A DNA stretch of 64,000 nucleotides from Azolla caroliniana (lineage: Eukaryota > Plantae > Polypodiophyta). Both the position numbers and the translations under genes were made by a program. Of this stretch, positions 43,365 to 54,400 are shown one piece after another (the stretch's first letter is position 1; each line of letters starts with the position of its first letter). Location of the stretch: assembly GCA_043228905.1 (NCBI GenBank), contig JBHGNT010000013.1, positions 14,880,001-14,944,000 on the forward strand, written 5' to 3'. The notes beneath the pieces were generated by a model, which saw nothing but the letters and a program-made list of their open reading frames with translations, did no database searches and was not told the DNA's origin.

Positions 43365-46300
43365 TTATGACACTATCCCCCCTTTAAAACGACGAGTTCC
43401 ACGAGTCGTTTTGGATTGAGGACCCGGTTTCTCGGGATATCGTCGATGGAAGTCTTCTAGAAGAGCACGAGCATTGGTCACATTCTCGATCGGTTCCCAA
43501 GTACGCTCGCTGGGACTATATCCTAGCCAATCGACTAGATAGTAGAGCTTGTTGCGAACAATCTTGGAATCGAGGATGGCAGCGACCTCATACTCAGGTC
43601 CATCTTCGAGCTCGATAGGAGGTGGTGGTTGTATAGTACGTCCTGGGATAGTGCTCTCGTGATAGGGTTCGAGGAGAGAACTATGAAACACCGGATGTAT
43701 CCGAAGTTGCGGAGGTAGCTCGAGACGAAAAGCGACATCATTAATCTTCCCGATAATACGGAAAGGACCTAATCGCCGATAATCCAACTTCTCACATGGG
43801 CGAGTAGTCTTGATGTGTCGTCGTAGCAACCACACCCGATCTCCAATGTTAAAACTGGAGGGAAGTCGATGACGATCTGCGTAGTCCTTGTGTGATTGTT
43901 GAGCTTGCTGGAGTTGAGTAGATAAATCCGCTTGTATCTTGCGTAACCGCTCCAAACGATCCTCCGCGCAAGGATTTGTGGACACTTCTGGGGTTTCAAG
44001 GACACACCACCGGGGATGATATCCTGTATAAGCGTAGAATGGCGTGACTTTAGTCGATGCGTGGATAGCGTTATTATAGGCAAATTCGGCGAACTGAAGA
44101 ATATCTGCCCAGTCATTCTGATGATAGTTGAGAAAGCACCGCAGATATTGCTCCAGTGTTTGATTTGTTCGTTCGGCTTGACCGTCGGTTTGTGGGTGGT
44201 AGCCGGAGGAGAGGTTACAAGTGACCTTCAGCATTTTAAAAAGGTGCTTCCAGAATTTTGACACAAACTGGGGTCCACGATCGCTGATGATATTATCAGG
44301 GAGTCCATGATGCCGACATACTTCCCGCATGACAATTTCGGCGGTGTCTTCACTAGATATTTCTTTAGTACATGGTAAGAAATGAGCCATCTTCGTATAT
44401 CGATCCACCACTGTGAGAATCGCACTGAATCCCTTAGAGACTGGAAGATCTGTAATGAAGTCAAGAGCAATGGATTGCCATGGCTTGCTTGGAATTGGTA
44501 ATGGTTCTAATAAACCATATGGATGATGTCTTGGCATTTTCGCTCTGCAGCATGTATCGCAAGTCCGAACAAAATCTTCGACAAATTGTCGCATACGGGG
44601 CCACCAGAATGATCGTTGTACTAAATCTAATGTTTTAGTACTACCAAAATGTCCTGCTGTATATGTGTCATGGCAGTTTTGTACTACTCGAAGGCGGCAA
44701 GAACCATTAGGAACATACAAAAGTTCTTTAAAGAAGAGTAATCCATCACAGTATTTGAATTGCCGATAATCCGTACCTGGTGATTGTGATTGTGAACATG
44801 ACGCTCGAGAGGGGTCAATTTGTGCTAGTATAGCTTGGGCGAAAGCGTCAGTCTTCAAGTCCTCACGTATAGTATTGGTAATGTCGGAATCCACGGGCAT
44901 GTCAAAGACCTGTGCTGCTTGCAGTCGTGCTGGACCCAAGATTACTTGCTTCTGGTTATCGAAAGCTGGCTCACCGGGACGTGGTGTTAGATACGAACGC
45001 CGTGATAATGCATCTGCCTTCCCTTGGTGCTTCCCCGGACGATATGTAATTTTGAAGTCGAAGCGTGTGAGGAAGTGGGCCCACCGAGCTTGACGTCGAT
45101 TCAGTACACGAGCATCTTGAAAGTAGGCAAGGTTCTTGTGGTCACTGAATACAGTGACCTGATGAGGAGATCCCTCCAGGAAATGCCTCCATTGCATAAA
45201 AGAATCAACTATTGCTAATAGCTCTTTATCATGAATTTCGTAGTTGATTTCGGCGGCGTCAAACTTACGGGAGTGGAAAGCCACAGGATGTAGCTTCTCG
45301 TCGTTACCTAGTTGTGACAGAATGCTCCCCAATGCGAAATCCGATGCGTCAGCTTCGATAATGAATGGTTTTTCCGGATCCACATGACCTAAAATTGGAG
45401 CTGATGTAAACGCCTTCTTAAGACTCTCGAAAGCCATGTCCGTCTCTTTAGACCAAATGAATGATTGTCCCTTCCTGGTGAGCTGTGTGAGAGGCAGCAC
45501 AATTTTTGAGTAATTTTGTATGAACTTCCGGTAAAAATTTGCAAAGCCTAGGAAGCATTGCACATCCCGCACCGAACGCGGAGTGTGCCATTCTATCACC
45601 GTTTTGACCTTGGCTGGGTCCATAGATATGCCTTCTGAGGAGATGACATAGCCGAGAAACTCCACTTGGTTGCACCCGAAACTACATTTCTCTAACTTTG
45701 CATACAGACCATGTTCTCGAAGTCGTTTTAGTACTAATAGTACATGAGAATCATGTTCTTCTTGGGTCTTTGAATAAACCAGTAGATCATCCAAATAGAT
45801 GATCAAAAAATCATCCAAGAGATCTCGAAATATATCATTCGCCATGTGCTGGAAGACTGCCGGCGCATTAGTGAGTCCGAACGGCATGACCGTATACTCG
45901 AAGTGCCCATATCTGGTGCGAAACGCGGTCTTCCATTCATCTCCTGGTCGGATCCGTACGAGGTTATAGGCTCCTCGTAAGTCGATCTTCGTGAAGAACC
46001 TGGCACCGTTGATCCGTTCTAAAAGACTTGAGATAAGGGGAAGAGCATACCTATTTCTTACTGTGACCTTATTCAAGCCACGGTAATCTACAACGAGTCG
46101 AAGCGAGCCATCTTTTTTCTTGACGAAGAAAATGGGTGCGCCGGCTGGAGATTTCGAATGCCGAATGAAACCGTTCTCCAAATTCTCCTCTATATAGGCT
46201 CGAAGGACTTCTAGCTCGGTTGGTGACAAATTGTAGATCGGCCCCCATGGCGGCTCTTTTCCCGGTTGTAAGTCGATGGCGCAATCGTACGGCCGATGAT

Positions 46301-46955
46301 GAGGAAGTGTGTTGGCTTGTACTTTATCGAACACATCAGCATACTGATGATACTTCTCGGGAAGTTGAACGGTGGACTCCTCTTTGGTGGTGCTGGAGGG
46401 TTGTACTGATATTGCGAAGAGAAACATTTCCTCCTTGCGCCCTTCCTCACGCAATTGACGTAGCGAAATGGTTGCAACCTTCTGGGTAGATCCTTGGGTT
46501 TGTCGCAACCGGATTTCCCTTGTCCTCCAATCTATGTCTGGGTTATGTAACTCGAACCATGGTAATCCTAAAACTATGGGATGTTCTGGAATACTAATAA
46601 TATTAAATGATACTACACATGTTAAGTTATCTAGGACAATATTAACGGGTTCCGACTCTTCTATGATATTACCAGAAGCAATGGGACGACCATCAATGAC
46701 TATTACTGAGGCTGGACATGGGAGCTTTCTGAGAGATATCTGATGAGCTCGGGCAAAATTCCTATCCATGAAGCAAGAATTAGCTCCGGAATCTAGAAGG
46801 GCTAAGGTATGTACTGGAGGGGTACTTTTAGTACTAACTGTTACTTGGGCTACGAACACATCACTAACTTGCTTAGAGGGAATGGAACCACTAATGGGCT
46901 GCACAGATCTAGGGCTGTCCAACCAAACGGCTCCTATTTTGGCTGGACTTAGTCG
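43365..46955 (-). CDS. pol: C2 Pol (PR-RT-RH-IN-chromodomain)
   Basis: 1185-aa ORF; about 6 residue differences from C1 Pol seen. Confidence 0.95.
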   Translation of the reverse strand, partial: RLSPAKIGAVWLDSPRSVQPISGSIPSKQVSDVFVAQVTVSTKSTPPVHTLALLDSGANSCFMDRNFARAHQISLRKLPCPASVIVIDGRPIASGNIIEESEPVNIVLDNLTCVVSFNIISIPEHPIVLGLPWFELHNPDIDWRTREIRLRQTQGSTQKVATISLRQLREEGRKEEMFLFAISVQPSSTTKEESTVQLPEKYHQYADVFDKVQANTLPHHRPYDCAIDLQPGKEPPWGPIYNLSPTELEVLRAYIEENLENGFIRHSKSPAGAPIFFVKKKDGSLRLVVDYRGLNKVTVRNRYALPLISSLLERINGARFFTKIDLRGAYNLVRIRPGDEWKTAFRTRYGHFEYTVMPFGLTNAPAVFQHMANDIFRDLLDDFLIIYLDDLLVYSKTQEEHDSHVLLVLKRLREHGLYAKLEKCSFGCNQVEFLGYVISSEGISMDPAKVKTVIEWHTPRSVRDVQCFLGFANFYRKFIQNYSKIVLPLTQLTRKGQSFIWSKETDMAFESLKKAFTSAPILGHVDPEKPFIIEADASDFALGSILSQLGNDEKLHPVAFHSRKFDAAEINYEIHDKELLAIVDSFMQWRHFLEGSPHQVTVFSDHKNLAYFQDARVLNRRQARWAHFLTRFDFKITYRPGKHQGKADALSRRSYLTPRPGEPAFDNQKQVILGPARLQAAQVFDMPVDSDITNTIREDLKTDAFAQAILAQIDPSRASCSQSQSPGTDYRQFKYCDGLLFFKELLYVPNGSCRLRVVQNCHDTYTAGHFGSTKTLDLVQRSFWWPRMRQFVEDFVRTCDTCCRAKMPRHHPYGLLEPLPIPSKPWQSIALDFITDLPVSKGFSAILTVVDRYTKMAHFLPCTKEISSEDTAEIVMREVCRHHGLPDNIISDRGPQFVSKFWKHLFKMLKVTCNLSSGYHPQTDGQAERTNQTLEQYLRCFLNYHQNDWADILQFAEFAYNNAIHASTKVTPFYAYTGYHPRWCVLETPEVSTNPCAEDRLERLRKIQADLSTQLQQAQQSHKDYADRHRLPSSFNIGDRVWLLRRHIKTTRPCEKLDYRRLGPFRIIGKINDVAFRLELPPQLRIHPVFHSSLLEPYHESTIPGRTIQPPPPIELEDGPEYEVAAILDSKIVRNKLYYLVDWLGYSPSERTWEPIENVTNARALLEDFHRRYPEKPGPQSKTTRGTRRFKGGIVS

Positions 46956-48118
46956 TTTAACTCTTCTTCTAATTGGCTAAGGATATCAAATTTGTTTGCG
47001 AGATTCGGACTATTAGTACTATTAGGACTATTATGACTATGAGGACTATCAGAGATTCCTACTGAAATAGACTCGGGTTTAGTATAGTCAGAACTAACAA
47101 CGACTTGGTTTACCTGCCTTCTTGGTCTATGGGGACAGTTTATCGCGATATGCCCTGGTCCACCGCAATAAAGGCATAATCGGTTTGTTCGGCGTCGTTG
47201 CTTTTCCTCCTCTGATAGCGGCCCACGACAACGTGTAGTGTCAATTTCCATTGGAGTTGGAGTACTTACTGGAGGCGCATTATGTGACTCCCTTTGAAAA
47301 GGTTTCGCTACCACTGAGGCATAGGTAGGCTCGGATCTTGCCCTCGGCATCTGAAATTGTCGTTCCGAACGTCGCTCGAAGAGGCGGTTGTCACATCTGA
47401 CCGCTCGACTGATTGCTTCTGTTAATGATTTTGGCTCTTCAGGGAAAGTCAAGAGTAAATCCTTGACATCGTTGCGTAGACCATAGCGGAACTGCTCCAT
47501 CAATGCTTGATCATCCCAGGGGATATCGGCGGCGAGTAGGCGGAAATCTGCAGCATATGCGGAGGCTGGACGGTCACCTTGACGTAATCGCCGGATTTTG
47601 TTGATTGCAGTCCTTATGCTGTCAGTATCTCCAAAACATGCTTTAAACTCACTTATGAATTCTTCAAAATTATTTAGTACTGGAGATTCCTTTTCTAGTA
47701 GCGGAGCGAACCATGCTAATGCTGAGCCATTTAACAACGTGCCTACTAAACCCACTCGTGATGCATCGGTGGGATATCGGGACGGATGCATTTGAATAAC
47801 TAACCGTACCTGGTTAAGAAACCCTCTAAACTGCGATCGCGTTCCATCGAACTTCGTGGGAAGGCCAATCTTGGGTTCTTTATGAATCCCTTGTGCTCCG
47901 TGCCCTTGTTGTTGCATTGCTACGATGGTTGCTTCGAGTTGTTGCACACGTAACGCAAGTTCCCCATGCTGTTGTTGCGTTTGCTGCTTTTCTAAGGAAA
48001 TTTGCTGAAGATCCCCCAACAAGCGTTGATTTTCTTGTTCCAAAGCATGAAACTTCTCTTTCAAGCATTGAAATTCCGAGAAAACGGATTGATACTCTTC
48101 AGCGCTAACGGTGGCCAT
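46949..48118 (-). CDS. gag: C2 Gag
   Basis: 389 aa; 3 residue differences from C1 Gag seen. Confidence 0.95.
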   Translation of the reverse strand: MATVSAEEYQSVFSEFQCLKEKFHALEQENQRLLGDLQQISLEKQQTQQQHGELALRVQQLEATIVAMQQQGHGAQGIHKEPKIGLPTKFDGTRSQFRGFLNQVRLVIQMHPSRYPTDASRVGLVGTLLNGSALAWFAPLLEKESPVLNNFEEFISEFKACFGDTDSIRTAINKIRRLRQGDRPASAYAADFRLLAADIPWDDQALMEQFRYGLRNDVKDLLLTFPEEPKSLTEAISRAVRCDNRLFERRSERQFQMPRARSEPTYASVVAKPFQRESHNAPPVSTPTPMEIDTTRCRGPLSEEEKQRRRTNRLCLYCGGPGHIAINCPHRPRRQVNQVVVSSDYTKPESISVGISDSPHSHNSPNSTNSPNLANKFDILSQLEEELND

Positions 48119-48354
48119 GGGATGAAGGAAAAGGGGAATAAGAGACTAATAGGAAAGGAGGGAGACAGAAGGAAGAGGGAGAGAAAAGACCAGACAGGCA
48201 CCGAGGGAAATCGGTTCAAACTGTCAGGAACTCTATTAAGGCAGAGAAGGAATTAGTACTAAAAGAAGGATTAGTACTATTGTCGGGGAATAGTACTAAG
48301 ACAGAGAAGGATTAGTACTATGAGAGGTGTCGAACTTTGAGAGAAGGAATGAGT

Positions 48355-48398
<44 letters not shown>

Positions 48399-48693
48399 TG
48401 ATGCGAAAGATATATGTATTATATGAAGGAAGATATACAACAGTGGTTAGAAGGCTTAAGACTGGCGTTGAACCGATTTGGTTCGAACTAATGCCTTGCG
48501 CCTCCTTTTATAGTGTCTTCAGGAATACTCCTGAAGTTTCTAGAATGTTCCAGAGAAATCTGGAATATACATCAATTTCCCAATAAAACCTAAATGAAAA
48601 TAATATCCTTCAAATTACAATTCATAACCTAATGGTAAAGTCTCGACCCGTGTAACAAAAGGTTATGGGTTCGAGTCTAGTTATGACACTCAC

Positions 48694-51441
48694 ATCCCGA
48701 AGTTGATGGAGCTATTGAGGCAGAAAGTAGATATGGGCATTCTTGAACCGTCGAGTGCCCCATACTCGAACCGATGGTTTACCGTACCAAAGAAAAACGG
48801 AACATTGCGCTTCATTCAGGACCTGCAGCCGGTCAACAGAGTGACCATCCGGAACGCAGGAATCGGACCGACCATAGACGAATTCGCGGAGGCCTTCGCC
48901 GGAAGGTCAATTTACTCGGTCGGTGATCTGTACTCGGGGTACGACCAGTTCCAGCTAGCCGTGGAGAGCAGAGACATTACGACAATGCGAACTCCCCTCG
49001 GCCTAGTGCGAATGTGTACCCTGCCACAAGGAGGGACCAACTCGGTGGCCCACATGGTGAATGCAATGAACAAAGTACTGAGGGATTGCATCCCGGACAT
49101 CACCATGCCGTTTCTAGACGACATCCCCATAAAGGGGTGCCCGGTGGAAGAGAAGGACGAGACACTCGGGCCGGACGGATGCCGACGATTCGTAGCAACA
49201 CACATCGACGACTGCGAGAAGGTGCTACAAAGGCTAGAGGATGCGAGGCTCACCTTCTCCGAGGAGAAATCGGCCTTCGGGCAATCAGAAATCCTGGAGG
49301 TCGGGCATCTATGTGGACCATATGGCCGGAAGCCGTCTCCGGCAAAGGTAGAAGCCATCTCCGCGATGAAGACCGACTGTAGCTCGGTTACGGAAGTTCG
49401 GAGGTTCCTGGGGGCATGCGCGTTCTACCACATATGGATCCCGCATTACGCCCACGTTGCGGAGCCACTATACGGGTTGCTGAAAAAGGGGCAAAGATTC
49501 GAGTGGCGAGACGAGCACAGGGGATCGGTCCGGAAGCTGAAGGAAGCTCTTACGGCAGCATCGGCGCTCCGGAAGGCTGTCTACGAGAAGGGTACCCCGG
49601 TATACATAACGGTGGATACAAGCCCGACCGGGATCAGATGGGTCGTCAACCAAGAAGACGAGGACGGCACCCGGTTCCCGATCCGATTCGGCGCTAAGGT
49701 CCTCAGTGAACGACAGCGAGGGTACGCCCAGGTTAAACGCGAACTCTGGGGTATCGTTTCGGCAGTAAAGGCCGACAAAGATTACCTGATCGGGACAGAG
49801 GTGGTTATCGAGACGGATTGCCTGCCGATTCTCGGCATGGTTTCCGGATGCGCGACACCAGACCTGGCGATGCTCCGGTGGATAGCGTACATCAAGTCCC
49901 TGGACCCGGAAATACGGCACATTTCCGGAAAGGACAACGCCATGGCCGACATGCTTTCGAGGGCAAGGTTTGATGACGAGGGCGGCATGGTTTCGGAGGA
50001 CGAAGAAGTCGGCGTGGACTTCTTCGAGGCAGCATACGTAACGGCCGATGGAACGAGCACTCCGGCACTTAACGACTTCGACGAGAGCAAGTACGACGGC
50101 GAGTGGCTCCAGATCGGTGGATTCTTGAGGACAATGACGCCGGATGCGTCATGGACGAAGGACGAGGCCAACCGGATCCGGAAGAAAGCTTACCGATTCT
50201 TTCTCCGGGACGGATACTTATGGAAGCACCCGAAGAAGAGGGACGGCGCTCCGCTCCGGGTGGTGGCGATGAAGGAAGAACAGGAGGAGCTGCTGACGGC
50301 CTACCACGACAGCCCTTGGGCCGGACACCGTGGAACCTGGGCCACGTTCGAGAAGATAAAGGGGAAGTACTGGTGGCCGGGACTGTACCGGGACGTGCAT
50401 CAATTCGTGACAACTTGCGAGAGCTGTCAGATGCACTCCATAGTCCGACACCGGGACGAACTTCACCCTACGTACCCTCCGACCATCCACTTCAAATGGA
50501 TGATAGACCTGGTAACGATGCCGATAGGAGTAGGACAGATGCGGTATCTGGTCCTGGCTCGGGAAGATCTAACGAACCAGGTGGAAGGCCGGGCCCTTCA
50601 GAACAAAACGACTGCGGCCGTATGTCGGTTCCTGCTCGAGGACGTAATATGCCGGTACGGGTGCGTCGGGAAGATCGTGGCTGATCGCGGGGAGTTGGAC
50701 GCCGAAGAGGCCGAGGAGCTGTTCGACCGGTTAGGGGTCAAGCTCTCGCTTACCACTGCGTACAATCCAGAGGCAAATGGGAAGGTGGAGCGCGGACACG
50801 GACCGATCGTCAAGGCGTTAGTTCGGGCATGTGGAGGTCAAGTCGGGAACTGGTTGCGGCTACTGCCTTACGCGTTGTGGGCTGACCGGACTACGCACAG
50901 TTCGGTAACCGGATTCATGCCGGCAGAGCTCATGTTTGGGCAGAAGCCGATCATGCCGATCGAACGTACGGTCTCCTCATGGGCAACCGTGGACTGGAGA
51001 GACGAGATGAGCCGGGAGGAACTGTTGACGGCGCGCATACGACAACTCGAGCGGAGACCGGAGGACGTGGAGCAGGCTGCGGAAAAGCTTCGGGTGGCCA
51101 GGACGAGGAACAAAGCCCGGTTCGACCGGACGCACCGGCTTCGACCGAAGAAGATCGAGGAAGGCGACTGGGTGCTAGTCTACGACAGCAGCCTCGACAA
51201 CCAGCACCGAGCGACACGGAAGTTCGCAAGAAGGTGGTTCGGGCCTTACGTGGTACAAAGCGCCAATGACAACGGGACATACCATCTGGCGGAACTCGAC
51301 GGTACGAGAATGGCGATACCGGTAGTTGGGAAGCGGATCAAGATGTTCAAGAAGCGTCACGACGACGAGCCGGATCCGGTTGACTTGGACCGCGACGACG
51401 AGCGATCCGAAACCGAGGAAGAACCGATGGGCGGAGAATGA
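48694..51441 (+). pseudogene. pol: B1 pol C-terminal part: RT, RNase H, integrase (no chromodomain)
   Basis: 912-aa ORF with FLDD, VDTSP, ETDC, GHRG...CESCQ, VADRGE and GPY. Confidence 0.92.
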
Positions 51442-54400
51442 AGGCTGGACCGGTTTTCTCCGTCCCAACACAATTTGGCGCATGCCGGAGGATGCGCGGT
51501 TAGGTGGGGGCGGATGTCGTGAAGAAAACCGTCCACGAGCGGAATCGGTGCACCGGAGCGTAGAAACCGACTCTTCATACACGTGCGCCTTAAGTTGCAC
51601 ATAGGAGATCCTATGTAGATTCGGTAGGAAGGGAGTAAAGGGGAAACGGCTCCTTCCTTGCCTATAAAAAGGAGGGAGACGAGGAGGGTAGGGGGGATCG
51701 CGGAGAGTCGAGGACGAAGTGCTGTCGGTTTGCGTGCGAAGGCTTCTCTCTCTCTCTCTTTCTGGTTGGAAACGCCATAGCTTCCTTCTGTGCAGGTTTC
51801 GGGAGGCCCGCGCTGCTCTGAGGAATGCCCGAGTGCTTCCGGCAGCACCTCCAACCTACTCATCCCCCTCTGTGCGTTTACGAACAGGTATTGGCATCTG
51901 TTCGTCGGCCTGTTCGGTTGTAACCGACTTCGTGTTTTGTTGTCTTCGTGTCCTTGTTGTTTGTCTTGTCAATACATACATACTTTCGTGTCTTTCTGTG
52001 TCGTTGTCCCACTCGCGTCTTTGCGTCGAAGGGCCGTGTCCCTGTGAATCTACGCTCGCACGTAGTGGGTCTCTCTCTCTCTCTCTCTCTTACTCTTCGG
52101 TACAGGACCCCCGAGGTCCCGCCTCACTCCACGTATCCGCGAGGAATACCTCGACAACGCAGTCTTGTGGTATCCTTGATCGGTCATGAAGGAGTCGAAC
52201 TTTCGGTACCATTGCCGAGGAGCTTGCTCCAGCCCGTATAAGCTCTTCTTCAACCGGCACACCAAGTGCTCCTTCCCTCTCTTGACAAATCCTTCTGGTT
52301 GTTGCATGTAGATCTCTTCTTCGAGGTCACCATGTAGGAACGTCGTCTTGATGTCTAGTTGCTCTACCTCGAGGTCCATGCTTGCCACTATGCTCAACAC
52401 AGTCCGTATGGATGCCATCTTTACTACCGGGGCAAATATCTCATTGAAATCCACTCCTTTCTTCTGTTGGAAGCCCTTCACCACAATGTGGGCTTTGTAC
52501 CTTGGTGGATTTCCAGCATCTCCCAGTTTCATCTTGTATACCCACTTGTTCCAGAGTGCTCTCTTTCCTTTCGATAGCTCCGTCAATTCATATGTGTGGT
52601 TCTCATGCAGGGAATCCATCTCATCCTACATGGCACTTAACCACTTGTGGTTGTGGGTGTCATTCATTGCTACTTCGAAGCTTTCCGGCTCCCCCTCATC
52701 GGTCAATAGCACATGCTCTACATCTGGAAATCCCCGGGGGGGCCTTCCCTCTCTCAGAGGGTATCTTCTTCCTTGGTTCACATCCACCAATTCCTCCATT
52801 TGTTCCTCATCCGAATCCGATTCGGGGTCTTGTCCGGTTCCGGTGTCTAATTCTTCTTTTTCGGTCGGTTCAGTTTCTTGTCCAAATCCAGCTGGTTCTT
52901 TGAGTGTCATCCGGCTTCCAGTCAGATGGGTCCTTGTATCCTTCAACCGATCTTGGTCAGTTGGCCCGAAGTCCATCGTCTTCTTCTCCGACTCCCATTC
53001 GAAAATGTTCTTGTCTTACATGAGGACTATGTCTCAATTCTAGAAGACCTTCTTGTCGAACATGTCCCACACTCAATACCCGAACTCATCATCACCATAT
53101 CCAAGGAATATGCATGGTTGGGACTTTGGAGCCCATTTCACTCTCTTGTCCTTTGCAACATGCATGTAAGCGAGACAACCGAACACCTTCAAACCGATCC
53201 ATACTTTCTGTGGTGAGTCTCCTTCCAAGGGCACTGAGGGTGATATGTTTATCACGCACGTCATTGTTATCAGCGCATGAGCCCAAAACGTCTTGGGTAA
53301 CTTTGCATGTGCTAGCATGCTCCGGACTCGCTCCATCACAGTCCAATCCATCTTTTCAGACAGACCGTTCAACTCCGGTCTCTTTGGCAAGGTGAAATCA
53401 AGCCAGATCCCCTTCGACCGACAATACTCCTCAAACTGCCCCCGGTATTCTCCTCCATTGTTCGCTCGAACTGCCTTCAGCTTCCGGCTGGTTTCTCTTT
53501 CCACTCTCCCGTGGAATTCCTTGAAGACTAATAGTACTTGATCCTTCGTCTTTAGCGGTGAGACCCGCATCTTCCGGTTGTGGTCGTCTATGAATGTCAC
53601 AAAGTATTGTGATCCGGCATGTGACTTTGTATCCACTTGACATACATCGGTATGCACAAGTTCCAGTAGTGCATTCTGTCTCATCGGTGATCTTGACCGG
53701 AAAAGGTTCGGTTTTGCTTGCCGGCCAAGCAATCGGTGTAGTTCTGTCCTTCATTTCCGGAATGAGGTTGTCCTTGGCAAGTCTCTGCATCCCCTTCTAG
53801 CTCATATGACACAGTCTCTTGTGCCACAACTCACCGGCAATGTCAAATGCGACGTTCACTTCTTCCCGACATATCCGGGCATGCATCAGGTACAATGTGT
53901 TGATCTTCCGAGCTCGGCCCACGATCAAGCTTCCTTTGCTAAACTTCATGACTCCATTCCGGATGTTACCCATGTAGCCTTCATCATCTAGCTGACCGGC
54001 TGATATCAGGTTCAACCAAACCACCGGGACGTGTCAGACATCCTTCAACAACTTGCACTCGGTTGATGTTGTTAACCACACATCTCCTATCCTGACAGAA
54101 TCATGATCTCCGGCTTTGTACGATGAGAAGCACTTCCGGTCGGGCGTCAGCTGGAACGACGCTCCGGAGTCGACTACCCATGTCGTTTTGTCGTTGACAA
54201 GGCGCAACTCACTCTCCTCGGTGATTAGCAATAGTTCTTCTTCACTTGTCGCGATCGCCGATGTTCCTCTCCTTTCTGAAATCTTCTTCGGTTCCGAAAT
54301 GTCAGCTCCCCCTTTGGTTTTCCGGAAGTGTCAACAATTCTTCTGGAAGTGCCCCGACTTTCCGCAATAAAAGCATGTGGGCCTCCCCCTTGACTTCGAC

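Larger units (their letters stand above)
42912..48688 (-). mobile_element. Intact Tcn1-like chromovirus C2 (5777 bp), sister copy of C1
   Basis: LTRs 42912-43372 and 48222-48688 differ visibly only in GA-run length; TSD CTCAC. Confidence 0.97.
39381..52156 (+). mobile_element. Full-length family B (Phygy-like) Ty3/gypsy element B1, intact except for the C2 insertion
   Basis: LTRs 39381-40024 and 51515-52156 (5 transitions and a 2-bp microsatellite difference seen); 4-bp TSD ACGC; PPT-like aggtgggggcgga. Confidence 0.96.

Noticed and set aside
4006-52000. Numerous 60-300 aa antisense and alternate-frame ORFs over gag/pol and LTRs
   Set aside because: Shadow ORFs of GC-rich coding DNA or LTR repeats; no independent motifs.
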